Part shown: one piece after another, positions 53,172 through 63,082 of the stretch
Layout: every line of letters begins with the position of its first letter
Position numbering within the stretch: the first letter of the stretch is position 1
Assembly: GCA_964520555.1 (NCBI GenBank)
Contig: CAZFNN010000013.1
Location: forward strand, 41,233-105,232
From: an uncultured Ignavibacteria bacterium
GTDB taxonomy: Bacteria > Zixibacteria > MSB-5A5 > CAIYYT01
DNA: 64,000 nucleotides
Direction of reading: 5' to 3'
Made by a program: the position numbers and the translations under genes
The notes under the pieces: model-generated
Seen by the model: the letters and a program-made list of their open reading frames with translations, nothing else
Database searches by the model: none
Told to the model about the DNA's origin: nothing

Positions 53172-53660
53172 GTGGCTGGCGACAAACTCATTGTCTATTG
53201 GGACGACACCGAGAAAATCGATACGGTGATGACCCGGCTTCTGAAAGGTTCGGAAGCTAAGTGCGCCCTTTTGGTCGATAAGGATGGTCACCTCATCGCC
53301 CGACACGGCTTCACCCAATCTCTCGACACCACCGCGCTTTCGGCGCTCATGGCAGGCAGCTTCGCCTCCACCGCCGAAATTGCCAAGCTCGTGGGTGAAC
53401 CGGAATTCTCCGTCCTCTTTCACCAGGGACGCAAAGACCATATCCACATGGGCATCGTCGGCGACCGCTCGATTCTCGCGGTCATCTTCGACGATCGCAC
53501 CACGATCGGCATGGTCCGGCTCTATGCCAAGGAAGCTGCCGAAGAATTGCAGAAAATCTTCGAAACCGTCCTGCGCAAGGTCAACAGCACCGACCAGGGA
53601 CTGTCCGAAGAATTCACCGCCTCGGCGGAAAATAAACTGGAGGATATCTTCCGCGAATAG
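53172..53660 (+). CDS. mglB: MglB-like Roadblock/LC7 GTPase-activating protein
   Basis: 162 aa, GTG start 15 nt after mglA. Motifs LVDKDGHLIARHG.TQSLDTTALSAL..G, FHQG.KDHIHM.IVG.R.ILAVIFD and an acidic C-terminal helix, as in MglB. Confidence 0.85.
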   Translation: MAGDKLIVYWDDTEKIDTVMTRLLKGSEAKCALLVDKDGHLIARHGFTQSLDTTALSALMAGSFASTAEIAKLVGEPEFSVLFHQGRKDHIHMGIVGDRSILAVIFDDRTTIGMVRLYAKEAAEELQKIFETVLRKVNSTDQGLSEEFTASAENKLEDIFRE

Positions 53661-53698
53661 CTGCGGCAGGAATCGCAGCGGCAGCACCAGGAAGGACT

Positions 53699-55396
53699 AT
53701 GCCGAGCTCTAAAGAATTAGGGACAATGCTCGTCGACGCCGGCAAGATCACCGGCGATCAGCTCACCCAGGCTCTCGCCCTGGTGGAGCAGGGCAAGGGC
53801 CGCATCGAACAGGTCCTCGTGCAGATCGGCGCTGTGCCGGATGAAGAAGATATTACCAACTTCATCGGCAAACAGCTCAACATCGGCGCGATCCGCCTTT
53901 CCGATCTCGAGCTCAATCCCGATATCGTCAAGCTGATCCCCAACGACATTGCGCGCAAGTTCAATGTCATCGCGGTCAGCAAGCTTGGTAAAACCCTGGT
54001 CGTCGCTATCAGCGATCCCAACAATATCTATGTGCTCGATGCGATCAAATTCATCACCGGCTGCACGGTGCAACCGGTCATCTCGCCCGAACCCGCCATC
54101 CAGAAGGCGGTCGAGCACTACTATTCCAATTCCTCGCAGTACACCGAGATTCTCAAGGGCCTCGAAGATTCCGAAATCGAGGTCATTACCGCGGGCGACG
54201 ATGATATCAACGTTATGGAGCTGCAATCGGCGGTGCAGGACAAACCGCTGGTCAAGCTCGTCGACTCGATTATCGCCGAAGCCGTCCGCAAGGGCGCCTC
54301 GGATATTCACATCGAAACCTATGAAAAGCGGCTGCGCCTGCGCTACCGCATCGACGGCGATCTGATCGAAATGGCGCCGCTCCCGTTCAAGTACCGCGCG
54401 GCCATCGTCAGCCGCGTCAAGATCATGGCCGACCTCGATATCTCCGAGCGCCGCCTGCCCCAGGACGGACGCATCAAAATCAAAATCAGCGACCGCGCGA
54501 TTGACCTCCGCGTGTCGGTCCTGCCGACCATCTTCGGCGAAAAAGTCGTGATGCGTATTCTCGACCCGAAAGCCTTGATGCACGATCTGACCCATCTCGG
54601 CTTTCCGGAACTCTCGCTCAAGAAATTCGACAAAGCGATTCACCTGCCGTATGGCATTATCCTCGTCACCGGCCCGACCGGTTCCGGTAAGACGACGACC
54701 CTGTACTCGGCGCTCAAGGCGATCAACACCGTCGACGTCAACATCATGACCGCCGAAGACCCGGTCGAATTCAACTTCGAAGGCATCAACCAGGTCGCGG
54801 TCAAGCCCGATATCGGGCTGACCTTCGCCGCCGCGCTCCGGTCGTTCCTGCGTCAGGACCCGGACATCGTCATGGTCGGCGAAATTCGCGACGGCGAAAC
54901 CGCCGAAATTGCCATCCGCGCTTCGCTCACCGGACACCTGGTCTTCAGCACCCTGCACACGAACGATGCGCCCTCGTCGATCAACCGACTCATCGATATG
55001 GGCATTCCCAACTACCTGGTCGCCTCCGCCGCCAAGCTCATCATGGCCCAGCGTATGGTGCGCCGAATCTGCAAGCGCTGTCGCGAAGAGGTCAAGGCGG
55101 ATTCCGAAGTCCTCCTGCGCCTGGGCGTGCCCGAGGCCGAAATCAAGGGCTTCAAGGTCTACGAGGGCAAAGGTTGCTCCGAGTGCAACAACACCGGCCT
55201 CGCCGGACGAACCGGTTTGTTCGAAGTGATGGAAATCACTCCCGAAGTCGAGCGCCTCATCCTCGAAAACGCGCCGACCCCGGATATTCAGGCCCAGGCC
55301 ATCAAGGAAGGCATGCACACTCTGCGCATGGCCGGCATTGAAAAAGTCAAACTCGGCGTCACGACCATCGAACAAGTTCTGGGCGAGACGTCATAG
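53699..55396 (+). CDS. pilB: type IV pilus assembly ATPase PilB (GspE family)
   Basis: 565 aa. N-terminal GSPII/MshEN-like domain, Walker A GPTGSGKTTT, and the tetracysteine motif CKRC...CSEC. Confidence 0.9.
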   Translation: MPSSKELGTMLVDAGKITGDQLTQALALVEQGKGRIEQVLVQIGAVPDEEDITNFIGKQLNIGAIRLSDLELNPDIVKLIPNDIARKFNVIAVSKLGKTLVVAISDPNNIYVLDAIKFITGCTVQPVISPEPAIQKAVEHYYSNSSQYTEILKGLEDSEIEVITAGDDDINVMELQSAVQDKPLVKLVDSIIAEAVRKGASDIHIETYEKRLRLRYRIDGDLIEMAPLPFKYRAAIVSRVKIMADLDISERRLPQDGRIKIKISDRAIDLRVSVLPTIFGEKVVMRILDPKALMHDLTHLGFPELSLKKFDKAIHLPYGIILVTGPTGSGKTTTLYSALKAINTVDVNIMTAEDPVEFNFEGINQVAVKPDIGLTFAAALRSFLRQDPDIVMVGEIRDGETAEIAIRASLTGHLVFSTLHTNDAPSSINRLIDMGIPNYLVASAAKLIMAQRMVRRICKRCREEVKADSEVLLRLGVPEAEIKGFKVYEGKGCSECNNTGLAGRTGLFEVMEITPEVERLILENAPTPDIQAQAIKEGMHTLRMAGIEKVKLGVTTIEQVLGETS

Positions 55397-55438
55397 CGCC
55401 GCTGACACGGAAAGAGATTCAGAACTGAGGATATTGCC

Positions 55439-56521
55439 ATGATTAACCTGCGCGAATTGCTCGAGATTCTGCTCGAACGGAAAGGCTCCGACCTGCACCT
55501 CTCCGTCGGCTCGCCGCCCCAGGTCCGCGTTGACGGCCGCCTGATTCCGCTCGACATGGACGTGCTGACGCCGGAAACTACCAAGAAGCTGGCCTACAGC
55601 ATGATGTCCGAAAAGCAGAAACAGCGCTTTGAGGAAAACAACGAACTTGATATGTCGTTCGGCATCGAGAACATGAGCCGCTTCCGCGTCAACGTTTACA
55701 TGCAGCGCGGCAATATCTCCGTCGCCCTGCGCCAGATTCCGTTCAAAGTGCCGACCTTCGAAGAACTCGGCATCGACAAAACCATCGTCGAATTCGCCAA
55801 TGTTCCCAAAGGCCTCGTCCTGATTACCGGGCCGACCGGCTCCGGTAAGTCGACGACCCTGGCGGCGCTGATCGACAAGATCAATCGCGAACGCAGGGCG
55901 CATATCCTGACCGTGGAAGATCCGATCGAATACCTGCACCGCCACCAAAGCTGTCTGGTCAACCAGCGTGAAGTCGGCGCCGATACCCGCTCCTTCGCGG
56001 CGGCGCTCAAGTACGCGCTGCGGCAGGACCCCGACGTCGTCCTGATCGGTGAAATGCGCGACCTCGAGACCGTGTCCGAGGCGCTCAACATTTCCGAAAC
56101 CGGCCATCTGACCTTTGCCACCCTGCATACCAACTCCTGCGCGGAGACCATCAACCGCGTCATCGACGTGTTTCCGGTCAACCAGCAGGAGCAGATTCGC
56201 GTGACGCTCTCGTTCGTGCTGCAGGGTGTCGTTTCGCAGCAACTGGTGCCGCGCATCGGCGGCGGCCGCGTCCTGGCCACCGAAATCATGGTCTGTACGC
56301 CCGCCATCCGCGCCCTGATTCGCGACGACAAGATTCACCAAATCTATAGCATGCTGCAATCCGGCCAGAAGTACGGCATGAAGACCATGAACATGTCGCT
56401 GGCTGAGCTCTATCTGGCGCGCAAGATCACGATCGGCGAGGCGATGGCCCGTTCGTCCAACGTGCAGGAACTCAACGAAATCCTCTCGCGCGTGCAGACG
56501 GTCGCGGAAGTGCATCGTTAA
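55439..56521 (+). CDS. pilT: twitching-motility retraction ATPase PilT
   Basis: 360 aa. Motifs GSDLHLSVGSPPQVRVDG, GPTGSGKSTT, and the AIRALIRDDKIHQI motif. Confidence 0.92.
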   Translation: MINLRELLEILLERKGSDLHLSVGSPPQVRVDGRLIPLDMDVLTPETTKKLAYSMMSEKQKQRFEENNELDMSFGIENMSRFRVNVYMQRGNISVALRQIPFKVPTFEELGIDKTIVEFANVPKGLVLITGPTGSGKSTTLAALIDKINRERRAHILTVEDPIEYLHRHQSCLVNQREVGADTRSFAAALKYALRQDPDVVLIGEMRDLETVSEALNISETGHLTFATLHTNSCAETINRVIDVFPVNQQEQIRVTLSFVLQGVVSQQLVPRIGGGRVLATEIMVCTPAIRALIRDDKIHQIYSMLQSGQKYGMKTMNMSLAELYLARKITIGEAMARSSNVQELNEILSRVQTVAEVHR

Positions 56522-56542
56522 CGAAGATAACTGGAGGTTGTT

Positions 56543-57742
56543 ATGCCGGTTTTTGAATACAAAGGCAAGACGGTCACCGGTTCGCAAGTCGAAGGCGAAC
56601 TGAAAGTCAAAGACCGCGCCGAACTCGATCGCATTCTGCGCCGCAACAAGATCCTGGTCGACAAGGTTTCCAAGAAGCCGTCGCAGATCCAGATCAAGAT
56701 CGGCTCGGGCATTAAGAAAGTGCACATCTCCCGCTTCACGCGCCAGTTCGCGACCATGATCGGCGCCGGTCTCCCGATGGTGCAGTGCCTGGATATTCTC
56801 TCCAAGCAGATGGATTCCCAGGAATTCTGCAAAATCATCGGCGAAATCAAGGACGCCGTTTCATCCGGTTCGACGCTCTCGGAGGCGATGGGCAAGCACA
56901 AGAAGGTCTTCGACGAACTCTACGTCAACATGGTCGAGGCCGGTGAAATGGGCGGCGCCCTCGACACGATTCTCGTCCGCCTCGCCAACTATCGCGAAAA
57001 AGCCGACGCGCTGACCCGCAAGGTCAAGGGCGCTTTGGTCTATCCGGCGATTGTGTCGCTGGTCGCGACCGGCGTGACGATTGCGATGTTGACCTTCATC
57101 GTGCCGATCTTCGCCAAGATGTTCGCCAATCTCGGCGCCGAGCTGCCCGGCCCGACCCAGTTCGTGCTCGGCATCTCGCACTTCCTGCAGAACTATTTCC
57201 TGGTGATCCTCGGCGCGCTGGTGCTGCTTTTCGTCGCCTTCAAGATCATGATGCGCAACGAAGAAGGCCGCTTCCAGTTTGACAAGTTTATGCTCAAAAC
57301 GCCGGTCTTCGGCGATTTGATCCGCAAATCCGCGGTTGCGCGCTTCACCCGCACCCTCGGCACGCTGATTCAGTCCGGCGTCACCATTCTCGACGCCCTC
57401 GAAATCACCGCCAAAACCGCGGGTAATAAGGTACTCCAGCGGGCGATCAAGAAATCGGTGCTGTCGATCGCCGAAGGCGATACCATCACCAACCCGCTGA
57501 AAGAATCGGGCGTGTTTCCGCCGATGGTAATCCAGATGATTGGCGTCGGCGAAAAAACCGGCGGTCTCGACGAAATGCTCTCCAAGATCGCCGACTTCTA
57601 CGATGAGGAAGTCGATGCGGCCGTCAGCGCCCTGACCTCGATGATCGAACCGATCATCATCGTCTTTATGGGTATCGTGATCGGCGGCATCCTGATCGCC
57701 ATGTACTTGCCGATGTTCGACATTATTGGCAAGATCAACTAA
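56543..57742 (+). CDS. pilC: type IV pilus platform protein PilC (GspF family)
   Basis: 399 aa. Two GspF-type repeats and three TM segments. N-terminus MPVFEYKGK. Confidence 0.9.
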   Translation: MPVFEYKGKTVTGSQVEGELKVKDRAELDRILRRNKILVDKVSKKPSQIQIKIGSGIKKVHISRFTRQFATMIGAGLPMVQCLDILSKQMDSQEFCKIIGEIKDAVSSGSTLSEAMGKHKKVFDELYVNMVEAGEMGGALDTILVRLANYREKADALTRKVKGALVYPAIVSLVATGVTIAMLTFIVPIFAKMFANLGAELPGPTQFVLGISHFLQNYFLVILGALVLLFVAFKIMMRNEEGRFQFDKFMLKTPVFGDLIRKSAVARFTRTLGTLIQSGVTILDALEITAKTAGNKVLQRAIKKSVLSIAEGDTITNPLKESGVFPPMVIQMIGVGEKTGGLDEMLSKIADFYDEEVDAAVSALTSMIEPIIIVFMGIVIGGILIAMYLPMFDIIGKIN

Positions 57743-57773
57743 GCGTCCGTTCGGCAGACAACCTTCGACTGAG

Positions 57774-57805
57774 GCCACCTCCGCTTGAGCGGAGGTGGCT
57801 TCTTC
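57774..57805 (+). promoter_or_regulatory. perfect 11-bp hairpin: weak terminator or translational control element
   Basis: GCCACCTCCGC (57774-57784), TTGA loop, GCGGAGGTGGC (57789-57799), then TTCTTC and ATG at 57806. The 3' arm contains the only SD (GGAGG) of the kinase gene. Confidence 0.5.
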
Positions 57806-59560
57806 ATGACGATGAAACAGCGTAAGAAAAAGCTCAAGGAAGAGTTGCGCAGCTTCTGGTTCATCCCGCTGCGCCTTTCGATCTTCCTATTGCTCTTCGG
57901 CGCCGTCGTCCTCAACGAAAGCACCCAGCGCCAGACCTTCTGGCCGTTCCTGCTCTACTCGCTGGCGACGCTGCTGTTCCTGCTCGTCATCGAGATCGAC
58001 GCCCGCTTCTTCCGTCCCGGCTTCCTGCGCACGATCATCTTCGTTCACTTTGCCTTTGAGTTGCTGGCCGAGGGCGCCATTATCCAGAGCGCCGGCCAGT
58101 TGACGGTGCAGTATTCCATCCTGTTCCTGCTCACGATCGTCTCGGCCAGCCTGATCTACAAACTCGTCGGGACGATCACCATCGCCACGCTGGCTTCGCT
58201 GACCTACGCCTTCACCTCCAGCCTCAATCGGCTCTTCGAGAAAGGCGAAGCCATCTCCTTCGACACCTTCCGCATCACCGTGCAGGGCAATGACGACGTC
58301 TTCTACGCGATCTTCATCCACGTCTGCACCTTCTATCTGGTCGCCTTTATCTCCGGCTTCCTCGCGCAAAAGCTCCGCGCCAAGGAAGGCGAACTCACGC
58401 ACGCTTCGGAAGAACTCGAGCGCGTTCAGCTTGACACCGACGACATTCTCCAGAATCTCCATTCCGGTCTCGTCACCGTCGACGCCGCCGGCCGCATCGT
58501 CTATTTCAACCGCGCCGCCGAAAATATCCTTGGCTATCGCGGCATCGATGTGAAAGGGAAGAGCTTTCTGGAGGTCTTCAATCACTCCATGCCCGACTTC
58601 TGCGAACGCGTGCTCTCGGTACTCAAACTGGCCAAGCCGAATGTGCGCACCGAGGTGGAGATCGTCGGCAAGAATGGCCGGCGCCTGCCGCTCGGCCTCT
58701 CCGCCTCGATCCTCGGCGATGAACGCATCGGCCTGCGTGGCGTGGTCGCCGTCTTTCAAGATCTTACCGCCGCCAAGGAGATGGAGCAGGCGCTGATCAA
58801 GGCGGACCGCCTCGCCGCCGTCGGCGAACTCTCGGCCCGCATCGCCCACGAAATTCGCAACCCGCTCGCCTCGATCTCCGGCTCGGTGGAAGTCCTCAAG
58901 AACGAAATCGCCTTGCAGGATGACAATGCCCGCCTGATGCAGTTGATCGTGAAAGAATCGGAGCGGCTGTCGCGGATTCTTAACGATTTCCTCAGCTACG
59001 CCCGCACCGGCCCCGGTCGCTCAGCCAAAGTCGAAATCGTCTCGGTCGCCGGTGAAGTCGTCGAACTGCTGCGTCATGACCCGCGCGTGCCGGCCGGCGT
59101 CAAATTCGAATTCGTCACCGCGCAACCGACCGACTACGTTATCGGCGACGAAGATCAGATCCGCCAGGTCTTGCTCAATATTCTGACCAACGCCGTCGAT
59201 GCCGTCGCTCCCGACGACGGACGCATCATCGTGAAAATCGGCCTCCACGCCCAACGGGCCGAATATCCCGCCGGCGATTGGCTGAGCCTTGTCATCACCG
59301 ACAATGGCAGCGGTATCAGCCCCGACGTCAAAGACAAACTGTTTGAGCCGTTCTTCTCGCGCAAGAAGGGAGGCACCGGCCTTGGCCTGGCGATCGTCAA
59401 GCGCTGCGTCGACAACATGAGAGGCCACATCGAAATCGAATCGGCACCCGGCGCCGGTGCCAAGTTCATCCTCTATCTCCGCCGCTACCAGCTTGCCCGC
59501 GATGAAGAAATGACAGCCGCGCCGGACTCATCCAAAGCTGCTCTTCTCAACGCCAAGTAG
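57806..59560 (+). CDS. PilS-like sensor histidine kinase (6 TM, PAS, HisKA, HATPase)
   Basis: H-box [13 protein letters not shown]-box [12 protein letters not shown]-boxes DNGSGI and [10 protein letters not shown]. Sits in the position after pilC, as pilS does in Myxococcus/Geobacter clusters. Confidence 0.8.
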   Translation: MTMKQRKKKLKEELRSFWFIPLRLSIFLLLFGAVVLNESTQRQTFWPFLLYSLATLLFLLVIEIDARFFRPGFLRTIIFVHFAFELLAEGAIIQSAGQLTVQYSILFLLTIVSASLIYKLVGTITIATLASLTYAFTSSLNRLFEKGEAISFDTFRITVQGNDDVFYAIFIHVCTFYLVAFISGFLAQKLRAKEGELTHASEELERVQLDTDDILQNLHSGLVTVDAAGRIVYFNRAAENILGYRGIDVKGKSFLEVFNHSMPDFCERVLSVLKLAKPNVRTEVEIVGKNGRRLPLGLSASILGDERIGLRGVVAVFQDLTAAKEMEQALIKADRLAAVGELSARIAHEIRNPLASISGSVEVLKNEIALQDDNARLMQLIVKESERLSRILNDFLSYARTGPGRSAKVEIVSVAGEVVELLRHDPRVPAGVKFEFVTAQPTDYVIGDEDQIRQVLLNILTNAVDAVAPDDGRIIVKIGLHAQRAEYPAGDWLSLVITDNGSGISPDVKDKLFEPFFSRKKGGTGLGLAIVKRCVDNMRGHIEIESAPGAGAKFILYLRRYQLARDEEMTAAPDSSKAALLNAK

Positions 59561-59564
59561 ACTG

Positions 59565-59950
59565 ACGCCCCGCCGCCACTCCCGGTGGGTTGCACATTCC
59601 TGTCCGGCACTCGCTTCGTCGCAGCAGGTCTTTGTCGTTGCGGCAGGTCTTCCCGCGAAGCGCTCCCGATTCTCGTCCAACCGCCAACCGCCGCGACAAA
59701 GCAATCTGCTCCCAGACGCGGCTCGACCTGTTCAATTCCCCTCTATCAAGAGGGGTGGATCGAGCCCGCCTCGCCAACACCTCGATCATCTGCACACCCC
59801 CGCCCGCTGCCAATCCACTCCTGCTGCCGATCAAGCGGGCGCGAGACGGGGTGAGCCGCCTGATCTTGCTCACCCTCCTATTGGAAGCAGCATCGGTGGT
59901 GAGGGTGCCTCGCACATTCCTCCCATTCTCAACCTCGCCCAGACGTATCA
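59565..59950. repeat. intergenic hairpin-repeat mosaic
   Basis: GGGTTGCACATTCCTGTCCGGCA near 59587-59609. GTTGCGGCAGGTCTTCCCGCG at 59637-59657, preceded by a partial duplicate GCAGCAGGTCTTT. CGCGACAAAGCAATCT at 59692-59707. CCCCTCTATCAAGAGGGG near 59740-59757. Confidence 0.85.
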
Positions 59951-59960
59951 ACTGGAGACT

Positions 59961-62102
59961 ATGCCGGAACATACCAACCGCCTCATCCACGAAACCTCAC
60001 CCTACCTGCTCCAGCATGCGCACAACCCCGTCGACTGGTACGCCTGGGGCGAGGAGGCCTTCGCCAAAGCCCGCGCCGAGGACAAACCGATCTTTCTCTC
60101 GATCGGCTACTCTGCCTGCCATTGGTGCCATGTGATGGAGCGTGAGTGTTTCGACAATGACATCATCGCCGCTCTCATGAATCGGCTCTTCGTCAATATC
60201 AAGGTCGATCGCGAAGTGCGCCCCGACCTCGACGATCTCTATATGACGTTCGTGCAGATGACCACCGGCTCCGGCGGCTGGCCGATGTCGGTCTGGTTGA
60301 CTCCCGACGGTCGCCCCTTTTTCGGCGGCACCTATTTTCCGCCCGAGGACGCGCATGGCCGCCGCGGCTTTCCCGCAATTCTGCACGCCGTCGCCGACGC
60401 TTGGCGCACCGAGCGCGACAAAATCATCGCCGGCAGTGAGGAAGTCGTCGCGCATCTTAAGGCGGCGAGTGCCTTGCCCTCCGGCGTCGCCAAGCTGAAT
60501 GCCACCACCATCGCCACGGCCGTTCATCAACTGCTCGAACGCTTCGATCCCGTCGAGGGCGGCTTCGGTAATGCCCCCAAGTTCCCGCCCAGCTTCGCGC
60601 TCTCGCTCATGCTGCGCCGCTGTCGCCGTGATACCGAACCGCGCATCCTCCACGCCGTCAGACTGACACTCGACAAGATGGCGAGCGGCGGTATCTACGA
60701 CCACCTCGGCGGCGGTTTCCATCGCTACTCGGTCGACAACGTGTGGCTGGTGCCGCACTTCGAGAAGATGCTCTATGACAACGCCCTGCTGGCCGTCGCC
60801 TATGCCGACGCCTGGCAGGTCACGCATGACGATCGCTTCCGGACCGTCGTCACCGAGATTCTCGACTACGTCCTGCGCGACCTGGAAGATCCCGCCGGCG
60901 GTTTCCACTCCGCCGAAGATGCCGATAGCGATGGGGAAGAGGGGAAGTTCTACGTTTGGACTGAATCGGAAATCATGGATGCCTTGGGTGCGACCGACGG
61001 CTATCTCTTCTGCGATTTCTACGGCGTCGACCGCGGCGGCAACTTCGAACATCAGCGCTCGGTGCTGAACATTCGCAGCCACCCGTACGACTTCGCCCCG
61101 CGCTATAATTACGCGGTCGAGTCGCTGACCGAACGCCTGCGCAAATTGCGCCGCCGCTTGCTCGAACACCGCGACAGTCGCAACCGCCCGTTTAAGGACG
61201 ATAAGGTTCTGACCGAGTGGAATGGCCTGATGCTCTCCGCCCTCGCCCGCGGCCACCGTATCACCAACGATCCGCGCTACCTCGAGGCTGCGCGTCGCTG
61301 CGCCGCCTTCATCGAACAGACGCTGCTGACGCCTCAGGGCTTGATGCGCGTCTACCGCAACGGCGTCGTCCAGCAACCCGGCTTCCTGACCGACTACGCC
61401 TTTGTCGCGGCCGGTCTGATCGACCTCTACGAGGCCTCCTTCGAAATCCGGTGGCTGCAGCTGTCCGATCGACTCGTGAATGAAATGATCGCCCGCTTCG
61501 CCGACGCCGTCGACGGCGGCTTCTTCATGACCTCCACCGATCACAACGACATCCTGCTGCGTCAGAAGGATTCCTACGATGGCGCCATACCTTCCGGCAA
61601 CTCTGTCGCCGCCATGACCCTCTTGCGCTTGGCCGCGTTCACCGACAGGGAGGAGTACCGCAAGCTGGCCGAAGCCACCATTGCGGCTCTCAGTGGTAAT
61701 GCCGCCCGCGTCCCGACCGCCCACCTCAATCTACTCAGTGCCGTCGATTTCCTGGACGGCCCCGTGCGCCAGATCGCGATTGTCGGCAATATCACCGACC
61801 CTGAGACCCAGTCTATGCTGGGCGTCGTCCAGCGCTCGTTCCTCCCCGACAGCGTCGTCGCTTTTTTCGATCCGACAACGTTCGCCTCCGATCCCACAGC
61901 GACCACAGCCGTCCCGACTGCCGTTGCCGTTGGTCGATCTGCAGCCAACACCGATCCGGCTTGCGACCCGCGCCTCGTAATCCCCTTCCTGCAAAATCGC
62001 GCGATGCCGAACAACCGTCCAACCGCCTATGTCTGCGAAAACTCCGTCTGCCAACTCCCCGCGTTGACCGCTGAAGACCTCGCCGCTCAACTCGAAATCT
62101 GA
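59961..62102 (+). CDS. thioredoxin-domain/six-hairpin glycosidase-like protein (YyaL/DUF255 family)
   Basis: 713 aa. Motifs [29 protein letters not shown] and [15 protein letters not shown]. Confidence 0.85.
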   Translation: MPEHTNRLIHETSPYLLQHAHNPVDWYAWGEEAFAKARAEDKPIFLSIGYSACHWCHVMERECFDNDIIAALMNRLFVNIKVDREVRPDLDDLYMTFVQMTTGSGGWPMSVWLTPDGRPFFGGTYFPPEDAHGRRGFPAILHAVADAWRTERDKIIAGSEEVVAHLKAASALPSGVAKLNATTIATAVHQLLERFDPVEGGFGNAPKFPPSFALSLMLRRCRRDTEPRILHAVRLTLDKMASGGIYDHLGGGFHRYSVDNVWLVPHFEKMLYDNALLAVAYADAWQVTHDDRFRTVVTEILDYVLRDLEDPAGGFHSAEDADSDGEEGKFYVWTESEIMDALGATDGYLFCDFYGVDRGGNFEHQRSVLNIRSHPYDFAPRYNYAVESLTERLRKLRRRLLEHRDSRNRPFKDDKVLTEWNGLMLSALARGHRITNDPRYLEAARRCAAFIEQTLLTPQGLMRVYRNGVVQQPGFLTDYAFVAAGLIDLYEASFEIRWLQLSDRLVNEMIARFADAVDGGFFMTSTDHNDILLRQKDSYDGAIPSGNSVAAMTLLRLAAFTDREEYRKLAEATIAALSGNAARVPTAHLNLLSAVDFLDGPVRQIAIVGNITDPETQSMLGVVQRSFLPDSVVAFFDPTTFASDPTATTAVPTAVAVGRSAANTDPACDPRLVIPFLQNRAMPNNRPTAYVCENSVCQLPALTAEDLAAQLEI

Positions 62103-62104
62103 AA

Positions 62105-62145
62105 AAGCCGCCGTAGGTCAGGATCCCTGTGATGCTGACGTTCCC
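62105..62145. repeat. hairpin-repeat element downstream of yyaL
   Basis: GTAGGTCAGGATCCCTGTGATGCTGACG at 62113-62140. Same family as 71-98, 32019-32049 and 38111-38137. Confidence 0.8.
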
Positions 62146-62371
62146 CGTCACACGCTCATCTTCGTTCTTCACGCCCTCCGCCGCCGACGGCGGATTCGCA
62201 AAGTCGCCGTCCGCGAGGGTCCCGTGAATGTCGCCCCTCCGCCCCGCCAAATTCCCCCTCCGCCAAGCAGATTCGACGCCTGCCTTAAAGTATCGCTCAA
62301 ACCAGGTAATACTGGATACTTGAAGTCGACCTTTTACACCCATTTTCTCGACCACCCCGACCAATAAACTC

Positions 62372-62399
62372 TTGACACCCACCGGCATCTGAATATATT
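62372..62399 (+). promoter_or_regulatory. sigma70-type promoter of the atp operon
   Basis: Perfect TTGACA (62372-62377), 16-nt spacer, TATATT (62394-62399), 28 nt upstream of GTG 62427. Confidence 0.55.
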
Positions 62400-62426
62400 T
62401 GCCCCCTAACTCAAGGCGGCTTCGTC

Positions 62427-62657
62427 GTGGATGATAAGAAAGACGAGAAGCCTGAGTATCTCAGGCAGGTGGGCCTGTTAAGTTCAATCCCGATCCTGAT
62501 GGTCGTTGGGCCGCTGGTCGGGTACTTTATCGGCAGTTGGATCGACGGCTGGGCGGGAACCGACCCCTGGTTCAAAATCATCTTGATTGTGCTGGGTTTC
62601 GTTGCCTCCGGCAAAGAAATTTACAACATCGTGCGTAAAGTGAATAAGAGTTTGTAA
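62427..62657 (+). CDS. atpZ: AtpZ/ATPase_gene1-family small membrane protein
   Basis: 76 aa with a GTG start. GLLSSIPILMVVGPLVGYFIGSWIDGWAGTDPWFKIILIVLGFVASG matches the two-helix AtpZ pattern. Confidence 0.65.
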   Translation: MDDKKDEKPEYLRQVGLLSSIPILMVVGPLVGYFIGSWIDGWAGTDPWFKIILIVLGFVASGKEIYNIVRKVNKSL

Positions 62658-62671
62658 TTTTTTTCACAAGC

Positions 62672-63082
62672 ATGGGTCTGGAGTTCATCACACGAGTCAT
62701 TCGCACCAGCGCCATCACGGGGCTGGTCGTCGCGCTTTGTCTCGCGCTTTACTACGATTGGAAATTCGCCCTCGGCTTTCTAACCGGCCTCGCTTGGAGC
62801 CTGGTCAATCTCTTTTTCATCCGTCAACTGATTGCCAAAGTCGTCTCCCCCGGCAAGACTGTGCGCAAGAACATCGCCGCCGCGTTCGCGATCATCAAGT
62901 TTCCGCTGCTCTACGTCGCGGGCTATTTCATTATCGCCTCCGGTTGGTTCTCGATCTACGCGCTGCTGATCGGCTTTTCCTTCATGTTCGTTATCATCGT
63001 CCTCAAGGTGCTGGGCCGGCTCGTTCTCGGCCTCGATCTGCCCGGACTGAAGCATAACCACGCGGAGGGCACGCGCCCGTGA
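62672..63082 (+). CDS. atpI: ATP synthase protein I-like
   Basis: 136 aa with 4 TM helices. The call rests mainly on its position between atpZ and atpB. Confidence 0.55.
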   Translation: MGLEFITRVIRTSAITGLVVALCLALYYDWKFALGFLTGLAWSLVNLFFIRQLIAKVVSPGKTVRKNIAAAFAIIKFPLLYVAGYFIIASGWFSIYALLIGFSFMFVIIVLKVLGRLVLGLDLPGLKHNHAEGTRP

